Source: Paraspadella gotoi
Lineage: Eukaryota; Animalia; Chaetognatha
DNA length: 64,000 bases
Assembly (NCBI GenBank): GCA_051294375.1
Contig: CM119264.1
Location: forward strand, 23,185,955-23,249,954
Direction of reading: 5' to 3'
The notes under the pieces were generated by a model that did not search any database, had not been told where the DNA came from, and saw nothing but the letters and a program-made list of their open reading frames with translations. A program made the translations under genes and the position numbers. Within the stretch, counting starts at the first letter, position 1; the number at the start of each line of letters is the position of its first letter. Positions 1 to 11,095 of this stretch are shown piece by piece.

Positions 1-2
1 GC

Positions 3-677
3 TACTTTCAACTTTGTGTTCTGAGTCTCATCAAATGTGACTTTTTTCCTCAGATTCATCCAATCCAGCCATTGATCTTGGAGAAGGGTATAGTCCTTAA
101 ACATTTTCTGGATGACATCACTCTTGAGGATGTTGAAGCTTTCCTCAAACTCCTCATCATTGAGTCCCAGACCACCTTGGTGAGCGACTCTGTTTCTTAT
201 TGATTTCAGCTTTTGACTGGCTTCTTTCACATGCGACTTATCGACTTTTTTGATGATGACGTGATCGAAAAGTTGCACATCACACTTTTCGAAGATGGGA
301 ATGTATTTTCCGTCCACGTATTCCGACAATTCCATTTGTTGTTTAAAGCATCTGTAGTTCTTGATGGCATCATAGTTCTCCTGGCACCACTGTTTCCATA
401 ATTGTCCCTCGTTCCAGTCTAATTTTGTTTTCTCTGGGAGGTAGGCTCGGAAGAATGATCTGTACATATGGGGTCCGTCAAATAGAACGGCCCCGCTAAA
501 GTGTATTTGATTGCTGCGTGACTTGCTGCTCGTGTCGTCGGCAGGGGTCGCGGTGACGGCTGAAACAACGTCGACGCCAGCAGCGCCAGTGTCGATGTGG
601 TCATTTAGACGTTCATCTTTCAGAGATTCTGTTGAGACAGGGTCTTCCGCGACCATCGAGGCGGCGTTATTCTCCAT
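3..677 (-). CDS. 5' part of a protein with an N-terminal HEPN (DZIP3-like) RNase domain; ORF runs off the window edge
   Basis: Stop-free frame from ATG at 677 to the edge (225 codons; absent from the ORF track because it has no stop): MENNAASMVAEDP...FEKCDVQLFDHVII...LKSIRNRVAHQGGLGLNDEEFEESFNIL... It has the RxxxxH motif (RNRVAH), an upstream DxxL motif and a downstream acidic helix, as in animal DZIP3-type HEPN domains. Confidence 0.7.
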   Translation of the reverse strand, partial: MENNAASMVAEDPVSTESLKDERLNDHIDTGAAGVDVVSAVTATPADDTSSKSRSNQIHFSGAVLFDGPHMYRSFFRAYLPEKTKLDWNEGQLWKQWCQENYDAIKNYRCFKQQMELSEYVDGKYIPIFEKCDVQLFDHVIIKKVDKSHVKEASQKLKSIRNRVAHQGGLGLNDEEFEESFNILKSDVIQKMFKDYTLLQDQWLDWMNLRKKVTFDETQNTKLKV

Positions 678-1130
678 TTCGGCCAAATCGTTGAAAGTAA
701 ATGGAATTTGAATTCAAACCAGAAAGAAAAACCGTTTATTGGCGGCAGGTTTCTTAATGTCCTCTAATCTTTTACTCAAAGTCAAAGAGTAAAAGAATGA
801 AAAAATAATTTAAAACAGGTTTTTGCGTCGGTAAAAGAAATCTGGGGACCACCGATCCGTATTTTATCCAGTCCCGGGAATGTCTCGCAGGTTCTTTCAA
901 AACAGGTTACTTTCTCGACTCAAATGACAGATTCATAAGCAATTAAGCAATAAGCATCCCGTCTGATTCTTTATGATAAGAAAGACTTATGTACGAGAAA
1001 AAAAAAAGCCAAATTTGTTTCTCGTTTAACAAGCTTGAAATAAAAAGTACTGTTTGACTCAAATATACAATTAATGTAATACAATTATATAATAAGTCTC
1101 GTAGTTTAACTACAATTTTATAATTACTGT

Positions 1131-1364
1131 TATGGTGGACTAAAATCCACCAACCGTTCATCAGTGGCAATTGGTGCCGGAGGCAAGTCATTCGCCTCCC
1201 AACCCAAAGCTCCGGGGTTCTAGCCCGGTGGCCGCCTGGCAGTTAAGAGGGACGGGGCGCTTAACCCGCCTGTAACACGGTGTTACAGCCTGATCCGAAG
1301 CTCAGGGACTGCTTACATTGAACGGTTCTGTCACTTACACATAACAATAATTACTATCTCTTCA
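1131..1364 (+). mobile_element. Short tRNA-derived insertion (TATGG...TCTTCA) with 4-bp TSD CTGT; family A
   Basis: CTGT at 1127-1130 and 1365-1368. Close reverse-complement copy at 59500-59714. Internal tRNA-Gly-like cloverleaf (TTCGCCTCCCAA anticodon arm; CGGG GTTCTAG CCCG T-arm). Confidence 0.85.
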
Positions 1365-1478
1365 CTGTCGTAGTTTAAATTAGCAAAGAAAACCGTGGAT
1401 CGTTATTGATAAGTCAAATCTAAAATTAATGAATTATCAATCTGTATGTTGACCATTTGTTAAATTTGAACAATCTAG

Positions 1479-4276
1479 GTTGGCCAAAGTGCGTCACACT
1501 TTTATCAACCAATCACTTGCCTCGGATTCGCGACGAATGTCAAAAAAATTCCGGAAGGAAAAACGCTATCTGGACGAGGAGCAGAACAAACTGATTCTCA
1601 GCCTCAAAAGCGTGAGTTTCTGTCGTTATTACTGTTGTTGTCAAATGCCAGCATTGAGATTGACAAAAAAGCGGGAAATTTTATGAGTTTCTATTATATC
1701 TTAACAGTATTTTTACAGTATGTTCCTTCTTTATCAGTATCGAGAGGAGTTGGAGGTATGCCGCGCGGAAACTCGCGACCCTCGACCGACGACTCGCGAC
1801 ATCCTCCGACGCCACGACGCCAAGACGCAGCAGCTGCAGCAAAGATCCGTCACGCAGCCTAATCGAACTGATTCGCCCCCGCAGCAGCAGGAGCACCAAC
1901 CGACGACTTTTTCCGGCGAGCTTCGCTTTCCCTCGCCCCAAAGTCCCTTTCCGGCGGTGAACCCGTTGCCCGGCAGTCGGATGGGACACGCCCTTCCGGC
2001 TGGCATCCCGGGGGCGATTTTCGCCGGGGCAGGGTACCCGGGAGCGGGGCTGGTCGGAGCGGGGTTGTGGGGCGGGACTGCGGCCTGGGGGGAGAAAGGA
2101 GGAGGGGGAACAAGGGGAGGAGGAGGCCCGGTAAAAGAAGTGGAAGGAGGAAGAGGAGAAGAAAAGACGGCTGCGAAAACGAAGAAACATTCGATCCTCA
2201 ACTCGGAGGCAAAACGAGATCCGACAAAATTCGAGACGCTCAAGAAATGTTGGAATCACAAGTTCGCGGATCCGACGAGGCCCTCGCCCAGGGTAAGTTC
2301 GATCGAGTGGGTTAAAGTGGGGGTGAAAGAACTTTGGGGCGTGTTTTAAAAATCAATAAAATATAAAAACAAGAATTGTATTGAAAATATAAGCAGAAGT
2401 ATATAAAACGAAAATGATTTAAAGCAAATCATACGGAAAAAAAAAATAGTGAAGCGACCTCGCTGGCAATCGACAGCCAACTTGCAGTTCAACACCCTTA
2501 TCCCGAGTAGGTTCGCGAGGCGCGTCAACGCATCGGTCGCGTCCTTCGCAGTTATCACTCCGACTCCTCGCGGCTGCATCCGCCGCTCGAAGACGACCGA
2601 CTGCAACTGCCTCGCATTCTCGTCAAGTCACGCAGCACCTCCAGCCTCTCTGTCGTCGAGAAGCCTCGCCTCGACGAGGGTGATTGAGTCTGTTGCGATG
2701 CGCCTCTGGGACTAATGTCATTATATATATTATATATAATATATATATATTTTATATATCATATTATATACTAATGATTTTATTTATTGGTTGTTTGAAA
2801 GTCTCGAGTTACTAAGTCGAGTGTCACGTAAATTTTCTCATTCAAGTGGTTTACGTTTCGTTCACCGCTCAAATTATTCTCATGGTTAAATTGAGAAAAA
2901 TATTCAAGATTAATAAACGGGTTTTTCAGTCGAAGAAAAAACGGGAGTTTTGGAGGACGTGGAAATTTCATTGGCGGAAACGACGGAGGTGGTTGACAGC
3001 GGATTCGGGTCGCAGTTGACCGTCAGCAAACCCGAAAAAAAGGTGAGGTCTTGTGAGTCACGATATTAAATGGGTAAGGATTTTAATCGAAAAAAGTATA
3101 AATTATATTGGTGAACATTTTTTTTAGTTTGCATTATCTACTAGGTAAAATATTGTAGCAGGGCAAAACAATGATGTTTTAATATATTTTCCTAAGTCAT
3201 CGTCAATTTTTGAGTTTATTGTATATTGTATACTTCCGTTAATCCATTTCCCCACGGAACCGGTCTTCAGGTCCACTTCGCATCCGACGCGACCCTCGCC
3301 GACTCCTGCTTCTTCTCCATGAGCGACATTCCCGAATTGCTTGTCCAACCTCCACTGGAGGAAGTGGGCAAGGAGAAGGAGTTGGAGGGAGAGGGTGGAA
3401 AGAAAAAATCTTCGATTAATGACACGGACAAACTCCCGCCAGGGAGCGCGGACAGGGAAAGAGTAGTTGCGGGTGATTGGGAGATGGAGGAGGAGATGGT
3501 TGCAGAGATGGAAGAGAAGATGGTTGCAGAGATGGAAGAGAAGATGGTTGCAGAGACGATTTCTTTGGAAGGCAAAGATGCTGCTGGAACTCGGGAGAAA
3601 GAACAACCGCCGGAAGGAGGCAAACCAGATAATTCAAAGTGAGTACTATATAACAAAGAATGCGATTCCCAAAATATGGGGGAAATGGCGGGAAAAAGTC
3701 TTGATTGATTTTAATATGTTGCAAGAATATCGTTACTGTCTAAAAACTTTATTCTTTTATTCTGTCTTAGAAAAGAAAAGTTAAGAATCGAAAACGAGGT
3801 GGAAGCTGTCACCAAATTCCGAGAAATGCTAATCACGGACAAGCAGACGAAATCCGAAGTCAAGGTCAAGAAGAAAATGCCAAAGACGCTGGATGAAACC
3901 ATAGAACAGGAGATCAGCAATCAGGTGACATGGGCGCTTTTGATTTTTAGTAGAATTGCACGCGCAGAATAGATACTTGAAGTTACAAGAACTTATATGA
4001 TAATTCCTTTGCAGATCGAAAACGGACTTTCGTTGAAATCTCGCGCGAAAATGATCGACGCGGTTTACAAGTAATGATCAATAGTTACCTGTCGTACTAT
4101 AATTATTATTTCTACGTACATTTGTTTGGAGATGGCAAGTTGCAAATGTCTCTCTTAACAAAGTAATTTTATATTCTAGGCAGCTAAGGAAGAGATACGG
4201 CGTAAACGTGTTGGAACAAGTCAATAAATACGTCAGTAAAAAGTTAGAACAATCCAAAACGAATCGCAGAGGTTGG

Positions 4277-4315
<39 letters not shown>

Positions 4316-4560
4316 TCCCATAATCACACGTCTTATTGCAATGACTCTCGTTGACCACAGATTCCGATAAAGACGACACCGCCACAGCCGCCTCAGCTCC
4401 CGCCGCCGCTGCAGCTTCCGCCGCCGCCAACATCGAGTCCAAAACCCAACCTCCAGAACTTAAAGAAAATGTGAGAGTTAAGGTAAACCACACTCGGCGC
4501 CTTAACTTAAGTGAGGGTGAGGAAACTTTATCAGCGTCAATATCTGAAGAATTGAAATAA
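1479..4560 (+). CDS. Uncharacterised multi-exon protein (coiled-coil N-terminal part, Gly/Pro-rich and acidic segments); 5' end not located
   Basis: GT-AG bounded exons at about 1479-1611, 1738-2292, ~2950-3042, 3271-3639, 3771-3924, 4015-4070, 4180-4270 and 4361-4560 (TAA). Includes a 24-bp coding repeat EMEE(E/K)MVA x3. No recognisable family. Confidence 0.6.
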
Positions 4561-5125
4561 TTTTTAAGTAGAAATAGAAACATACTTTGTGTTTATATAA
4601 ATCTTTGTGCTGAGGATAAATTTCGACATGACTCAGGTTCGACTAAAACGTGAAGCTTTGAAAGTGAAGCGCAACACTGTTTTTGTTTGATTGAAAACCG
4701 CGCGATTGAAATAACGTAATCAAAATTTCAAATCAAATTGACCTTTTGTTTCGATAAGAATTCTATTTTTTTTTATTCTGCAGCAGTGACGTCAGATGCG
4801 CTTAGCTCTTCTCTCCTTCAATTTCTTAGGTTAAAGGTTGTTTTTTTTCCGTATAATATCATTTGTTTTGACGTTAGTTTGTTTCTTCACCATGAATTAT
4901 AAACTGGCACTTTATATCAAGCTGTATATTAGCTACGTTTAACTGTAATTTTTCTGAATTGCGTAAAACTCGTTTGTCACAAACGAAGATTAGTGGAACA
5001 CACGAAGCGAATTATAGCCAAATTTATTGTATTCCGAATGAAAATATTTTTTTACAAATCACAACATTTAGTAACTAATGTTGTATTAAATATTCTCTCT
5101 AAAACTTTTCAATTTTGTCGACCAG

Positions 5126-5417
5126 GGCTTCCCCGCTCTCTGCTTCTTTCCCGTTCAAATACCAAAGGTAGGTCCTTCTTCAAAAAGTTTAAGAAAATTT
5201 TAAAATTAAACAATTATGACGAAAACTGAACTCCTTTTCGTTCAGCCGACGATGGAGCAATTCTGGCCGATGCTGAAGGACCCGTCCTTCGAAGAGGTGA
5301 TGGAGAAACTGCTGTTGAAGCAGGTGAAGCATTTGAAGGCTCGAGGCGTCGTCGGCGACTACAGCATGTTCGACTTTGAAGGACATCACTCCGTCTGGAA
5401 AAAAGAAGACTCTGAAC

Positions 5418-5420
<3 letters not shown>
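5126..5420 (+). CDS. Two in-frame exons of an unidentified protein (GFPALCFFPVQIPK|PTMEQFWPMLKDPSFEEVMEKLLLKQVKHLKARGVVGDYSMFDFEGHH)
   Basis: cag|GGCTTC...AAAG|gtagg (5126-5167) joins in phase to ttcag|CCGACG (from 5246). Codon usage is GC3-rich like neighbouring genes. It could be an alternative 3' end of the upstream gene. Confidence 0.45.
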
Positions 5421-5500
<80 letters not shown>

Positions 5501-6798
5501 AGCATTTTAAACCACTCCCATATTGCCGTCGCCATCTCATGCTTGTTTTCTTTTTGATTCTTTCGTGTTTTACATTTGTCATAATATAATCAAATGAAAA
5601 AAATGACTATAATAAAATTTGTCGTTCTCTATTTCCTTTCCTTCGACTGCGTCAATTTTGTCGCGATTCCCGGATTTTGTCGTCAGGGTAAGGAAGAACA
5701 GGAGAATGGAGATAAAACTAAGAAGAGAACCCATTGGAGAATCGATAGGAATCTTGACGGTAGAAATTTTTTTTGGCTTAGGTTTAGATTTATCTATTAG
5801 TATTTTTAAGTGGTTTTTCAAAACCCGGGTCGGCGTAAGTAAAATTTTACCGAGAAGATTATTAAAGAAAAAAGTGCGAGGCTAAATTGATATTAAAATG
5901 AATGAATAAAAAATTCTGAACAAATTTAAAATCTGAGAAGAAATACGTAATCAAGATAAGAATCCACAACAAAAAAAAAATCCACCAGAAGAACTCATTG
6001 TTTCGCGTCCCATGAGATCCGAAGATAATGGTCCGAGGCGAGAGGTTAATCAGCGCAATAAAAATGTTCGCCATAAAAAAAAAAAATTCTCCTGAGTCGA
6101 ACCCGACTTTATTAATTTTTGACTCGGATGAATGATAGTCCTTGGATTCCGATCGCTGATTGCCCCGCTGTTGGCGCGAGTCGGAGAAACGCAAAAGATT
6201 TGATGGAAATGATATTTATCATCTGGGTTTTAGGTAATGATTATAAAGTTTTTCTTGATCGTTATACATTACTAATAGTATTAGGCACTTATCTGAGAAC
6301 CAGAGATTCAATCCAAAGTCGAGTTACAATTGTTTTTCTTTATTTTTTGAGAAAGAATATCTTTTTAAATAAACCGCTTTTCCCAATTATTAAGAGGTAT
6401 TTTTTAACTTGTCGAAATTAATGAACCAAAAAATAGATTTTATGGTTTTAACGTCGAAAACCCTAGATTTTCATTCTGTTTAAATTTTAGTATGTAATTT
6501 GCTTTTTATTATCGAAAAACTGACACTTTTTAAGACGTAGAATGCGTATTTTGTCGTGGATTAATATCGTGAATCATAATTTTTGTTGTAAGACGACAAA
6601 AGTTCAATTCAACCTCGAATGACCTGATGAAATGAAATGAAATGAAATGAAATTCGTCCCTCTACTTTTTAAAATTTTCTTTTATCGAATTCGGTCTGAA
6701 AAAATGAGGCGACGAAGATTAAAGTGAAAATCAAAAAACAAAAAGAAAACTAAATAAAAAATCAAAAAAACAAAAAGATTCAGACCACGAGACACATA

Positions 6799-7774
6799 AT
6801 GGAGGCAGTTTATATCTCTCAGGTAAAAAAGAGGGAAACCCTATAAAAACGCGACAAGTGTCTTAATAATTTTAATCAATTATTTTTTTTTGCCAAAAAA
6901 AGTTTTTATTTTTTTGATCCGCCGAACGCTTGTCCGACACCTGCCTTCCGACTGACCTACACCCGCCCACCACCGGTCCGCCACCCGACTTAGATGTCGG
7001 CCGGTCTGATTCGGTGCTTCATCGACCAACAAATGCGACGCGCATCCTTCCGCCGGAAATTCGTCAGCGTCGGGGGTGTCGAAGTCAGTTACTTGGAACG
7101 CGGCGATAAAAAGTGCCCCTGCGCGGAAGGGAAAGCGGAAGCGGCAGAAGGCCGCAGCGGCAACCGCGGCAGTCGACGAGGTTTTGGGAGTGGGAAGCGG
7201 AGCCGCGGGAGCCGCAGCGGCGGAAGCCGCAGCTTCGGATCGATCAGCAGATCGAACAGCAGCTCCGTCCAGAGAAAAGAAAGAAATCGGAATGCCGTCG
7301 AGATAAACAACAACAAAAGCGTCTCGTGGACGAAGGAGGACGAAGAAGACGACGACGAGGCATCCCCATCCTCATCTCCCTCTTCTCTTTCTTCCACTTT
7401 GCCTTCGCAAAATCAAGACGGAGCCTCGCTTCAAAACTCGGCGCCCGAACGGATCGTCGACGCCGCCGCCAGTGGCGATGCCTTCCGCGCCGACTCCACC
7501 TCGGCCTCCGCGGCATCCGTCAACCGGTCCTCAGCCGCTCGCGCTGCTGCCTCCGCCCCATCCGCCGCCTACTCCGCCCCAGCCTTCAACCGCTCCGCCT
7601 GCGTGGACGTCAACGTCGTGACCTCCAGCCTCCCGTCGACGGTGATGCTCCTCATTCACGGATTCGCCGCCGATGGCCGATGTTGGGCGCCGCTCGTCCG
7701 TCACTTCGAGTCCAGCGTCCACGCCGTCGCCATCGATTTGCCGGGATTCGGGAGTCGACGGAAAATGAGGCGGT

Positions 7775-7870
<96 letters not shown>

Positions 7871-8811
7871 TTCCCTACTTTTCCCGACCGCAGGTTCTCT
7901 CCACCGAAGCTCTGCCTCGTTTCATTCGAGACTTCGTCTTCTCTGTATCGCTCAATCTTCACCCCGGCGGCATCCACGTCGTGGGTCACTCGATGGGCGG
8001 CGCCGTGGCGGCGGCGTTCGTGGCGCTTCATGGCGCCGACTCTGGCGTGACGAGGTTGACGCTGATCTCGCCGGCGATGACTACGCCGCGGCCGAGCCCC
8101 TTCATGAAGGCGGCGGAGCGAGGAGAGTTCGAACGTTGGTTGACGCCTTCGCGACCGGCAGATTTGAAGAAGACCTTGGATCACGTGGTCTGTCGGCGGA
8201 AGTTGAAGGTCATGTTGAGATTACCGGGCGTCGTCGGAGGATTGCATAAAGTAAGTCGGATAGCGTTTCGTGGTAGATCTGACCGCTTGTCTTTTGTCTG
8301 TTTTACTTCGTCATACTGCAGCCGCATGCTTATGAGATTTTGCTCGCAGCCGTCTTCGTTCGAAACGTTAAAAAGTCAATGATTTTAAAACCCCGTAGTT
8401 GACCATGGAAATTTATTGGCTTAAAGTTAAGAATCCCAAATCTATCTGAATAACTCACCCTCAAACTCCTCATTCCCTCATTATCTCTTCACCCAGGTTT
8501 TCCTCACCGAAGAGAAGCGGCGCGTGGGGCGCCTCATTTGGCGCCGCCTCAAATCCTTTTTCTGGGACTCGGAGCGATTTTACATCGCTTACGGCGCCGA
8601 GACCAAAGTGCCGACGACGCTTGTTTGGGGCCGCGAGGACGGCATCATCGACGTCTCCGGCGTTGAGGTGCTCGTCCGGTGCTACGACGCCCCCGAAGTC
8701 GTCGTGCTTGAGAAGTGCAGCCACGCCATCTTCCTGGAGCGCGGGCCCAAAGTGGCGCGGATTTTGCGTCGGGTGGCGGGGAAGGGAGGAGGGGAAGACG
8801 TCGTCGTTTGA
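6799..8811 (+). CDS. Alpha/beta-fold hydrolase, ABHD6/monoacylglycerol lipase-like
   Basis: Exons 6799-6822, 6994-7772, 7894-8250, 8497-8811. Motifs: LLIHGF oxyanion loop, AIDLPGFG, nucleophile GHSMGG, acid WGREDGIID, His in CSHAIF. Confidence 0.85.
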
Positions 8812-9434
8812 GAGGATGAGGGGAGGGGAGGAGTAGCGGTTTTTTTTCCAATTGCAGAATTCTTTTTGGTTGTTTTTAATTTTCTTTAAAATCAATCAAC
8901 ATTAGTTTAGATTATTTTATGGCCCACGTTCAAAGTTCGAATCTCGCAATATTATGGATTTACGGCTTTTTAGTATCAAAATAAACGTTAATTTTTTTTT
9001 TACGTCCTTTAACAAGTATAACGATTTTGACAATGATAATGATAATGACAATGACCATTTTTTCACTAATGATTAAGTTTAGTCCTTTGGTTAATTTTTA
9101 TTTCACATAGACTTTGGTTTATATCCGCTCGGCGTCTCTACTTCAACGCTTTCGATTACGAAACAGGAGAGAAAAACAAAATAGCACGATAGAGCTTCCC
9201 AAGAGAAAAATGTGGTTTCGGAATGTAATCCCAAAGATAAAAGATTTTATTACTAATATTTGTCGCAAGCGAGTTTTATGCTTATTCTATTTCTTATTCT
9301 CATACGTACGAAAGAAAAATTCCTTGTTCTTAAAATTTATTCCGATACAAAAAATTCAAAACATAGCTTATGTCATAACTTATGTCATAAGCAGAACAAA
9401 AGCACCAGCGAAGATTTCCATTTAAATTCAAGCG

Positions 9435-11048
9435 TCAGATTCGCCGCTTCTCCCAGGCGATTCGATGATCGTCAAAAAATCGATTGCCTGGTGGAAATAT
9501 ATGAATAATATTATAAATATATATTGAATAATTCAATAAAATACTAATTAGTAATCGGCTTTACTCCATTTGGAAAGTGATCCTTTTCAAAATATCTGAT
9601 TTAATAAAGCCCTTATCTCGCACAATGACTTTTACCTCGAAAGCTGATACATTTTCTTTTCTTTTCTTTATTTTCTTTCTTTTCTTTTTTTTTCTTTTTT
9701 TTCTTTCTTTTCTTTCTTTTCTTTCTTTTCTTTCTTTTCTTTCTTTTCTTTCTTTTCTTTCTTTTCTTTCTTTTCTTTCTTTTCTTTTCTTTCTTTTCTT
9801 TTTTTTCTTTCTTTTCTTTCTTTTTCTTTATTTTCTATTTCTTTCGCTCTTTCCTTTCTTTGATTCCTTTATTCTTATTTCCTACCCTTTTCTTACCTTT
9901 CCCTTTCCCTTCCCGCCCTTCTCCCTGGCGGCGGCGGCGGCGAGGGCCTTCCTCCTCCTCCTCCCGCAGACTTTCTCCAACAGGTCGAGGAAGACGGCGA
10001 GGACGTAGAGTTTGAGGAGGAGCCTCTTCCTCGTCGTCATCACGAGGATGAAATCGCGGTCGCGGCGGTGGAGGCGTCGGGCGAAGGCTGAGAGAGAGCG
10101 AGAGAGAGTGAGAGAGAGTCAAATATTTCCATATCATTTTTGGTCATCGCCGCTGAATCTAGGATTATTTTTCCTATGTATTAACTTTAAGCTCGCGCAT
10201 ATGACATTTGAAGAGACCAAAATTTAGTAAAGAATTAAATAGTTCATAAGCTTTGGATCAGCAACCTGTTACTGACGGGTTATGGGGCCCGTCCCACCTA
10301 ACTTCGAGGCGGCCACCTGCTAGGGTTGGGTGGCGAATAAGTTGCCTCCGGCTCCAATGACCGCTCCGAACGGTACGTGGATTTTAATCAACCTTACATT
10401 GATGGTAACCATTGATGGCTACTTCAACGACTTTAACAAAACATCTCTCACCCGGCATCATCTGCAAAAATTTTCCCGCCGTCTTGCGGATTGAAGGTTT
10501 GACGCTTCCGGCAAAGAGCGAAGTTCGTCGCGCTTGGTTGTGAGACTCGATTAGATCGTCGAGAACATCCCAGAGGGTCTTCTGCATCGGATGTTGTTGA
10601 AGCTGTGGAGAGGGAAGATGTTTTTAATAGTAAAATGTACCCGAGTTAGCGTTAAATTGCAATTGCGTCTAAGCTGAAGAGAGCAAAGCAACTAGTAGGT
10701 TTCAGACACTTCTTACATTGAATAAAGTCCTAAAAATGCAAAAAACTAATGTAAAATTACAATACAATGAGAAAAAAAAAGATCCATTTGAAGAAACTAT
10801 TCGTTATCAAATTGAAGAAACAAAATGGTTAAAATCCGTTCACCGATAATTCTTAGGTTTACTGACCCAATGGCCGCTTTACCTCGGATTCCCTGCAGAA
10901 GGCGTTGATGATTTGGATTTCTCTGGCCAACTCGTGGACGGGGACGAATGTAGATGGCATCGAGAGAGATCGATCAAGGATCAAACGGGCTTTGATTACC
11001 TTTGCAAAGAATTAACTATTTGGTTATATGATAATAGAAAAAGGGATT

Positions 11049-11095
<47 letters not shown>

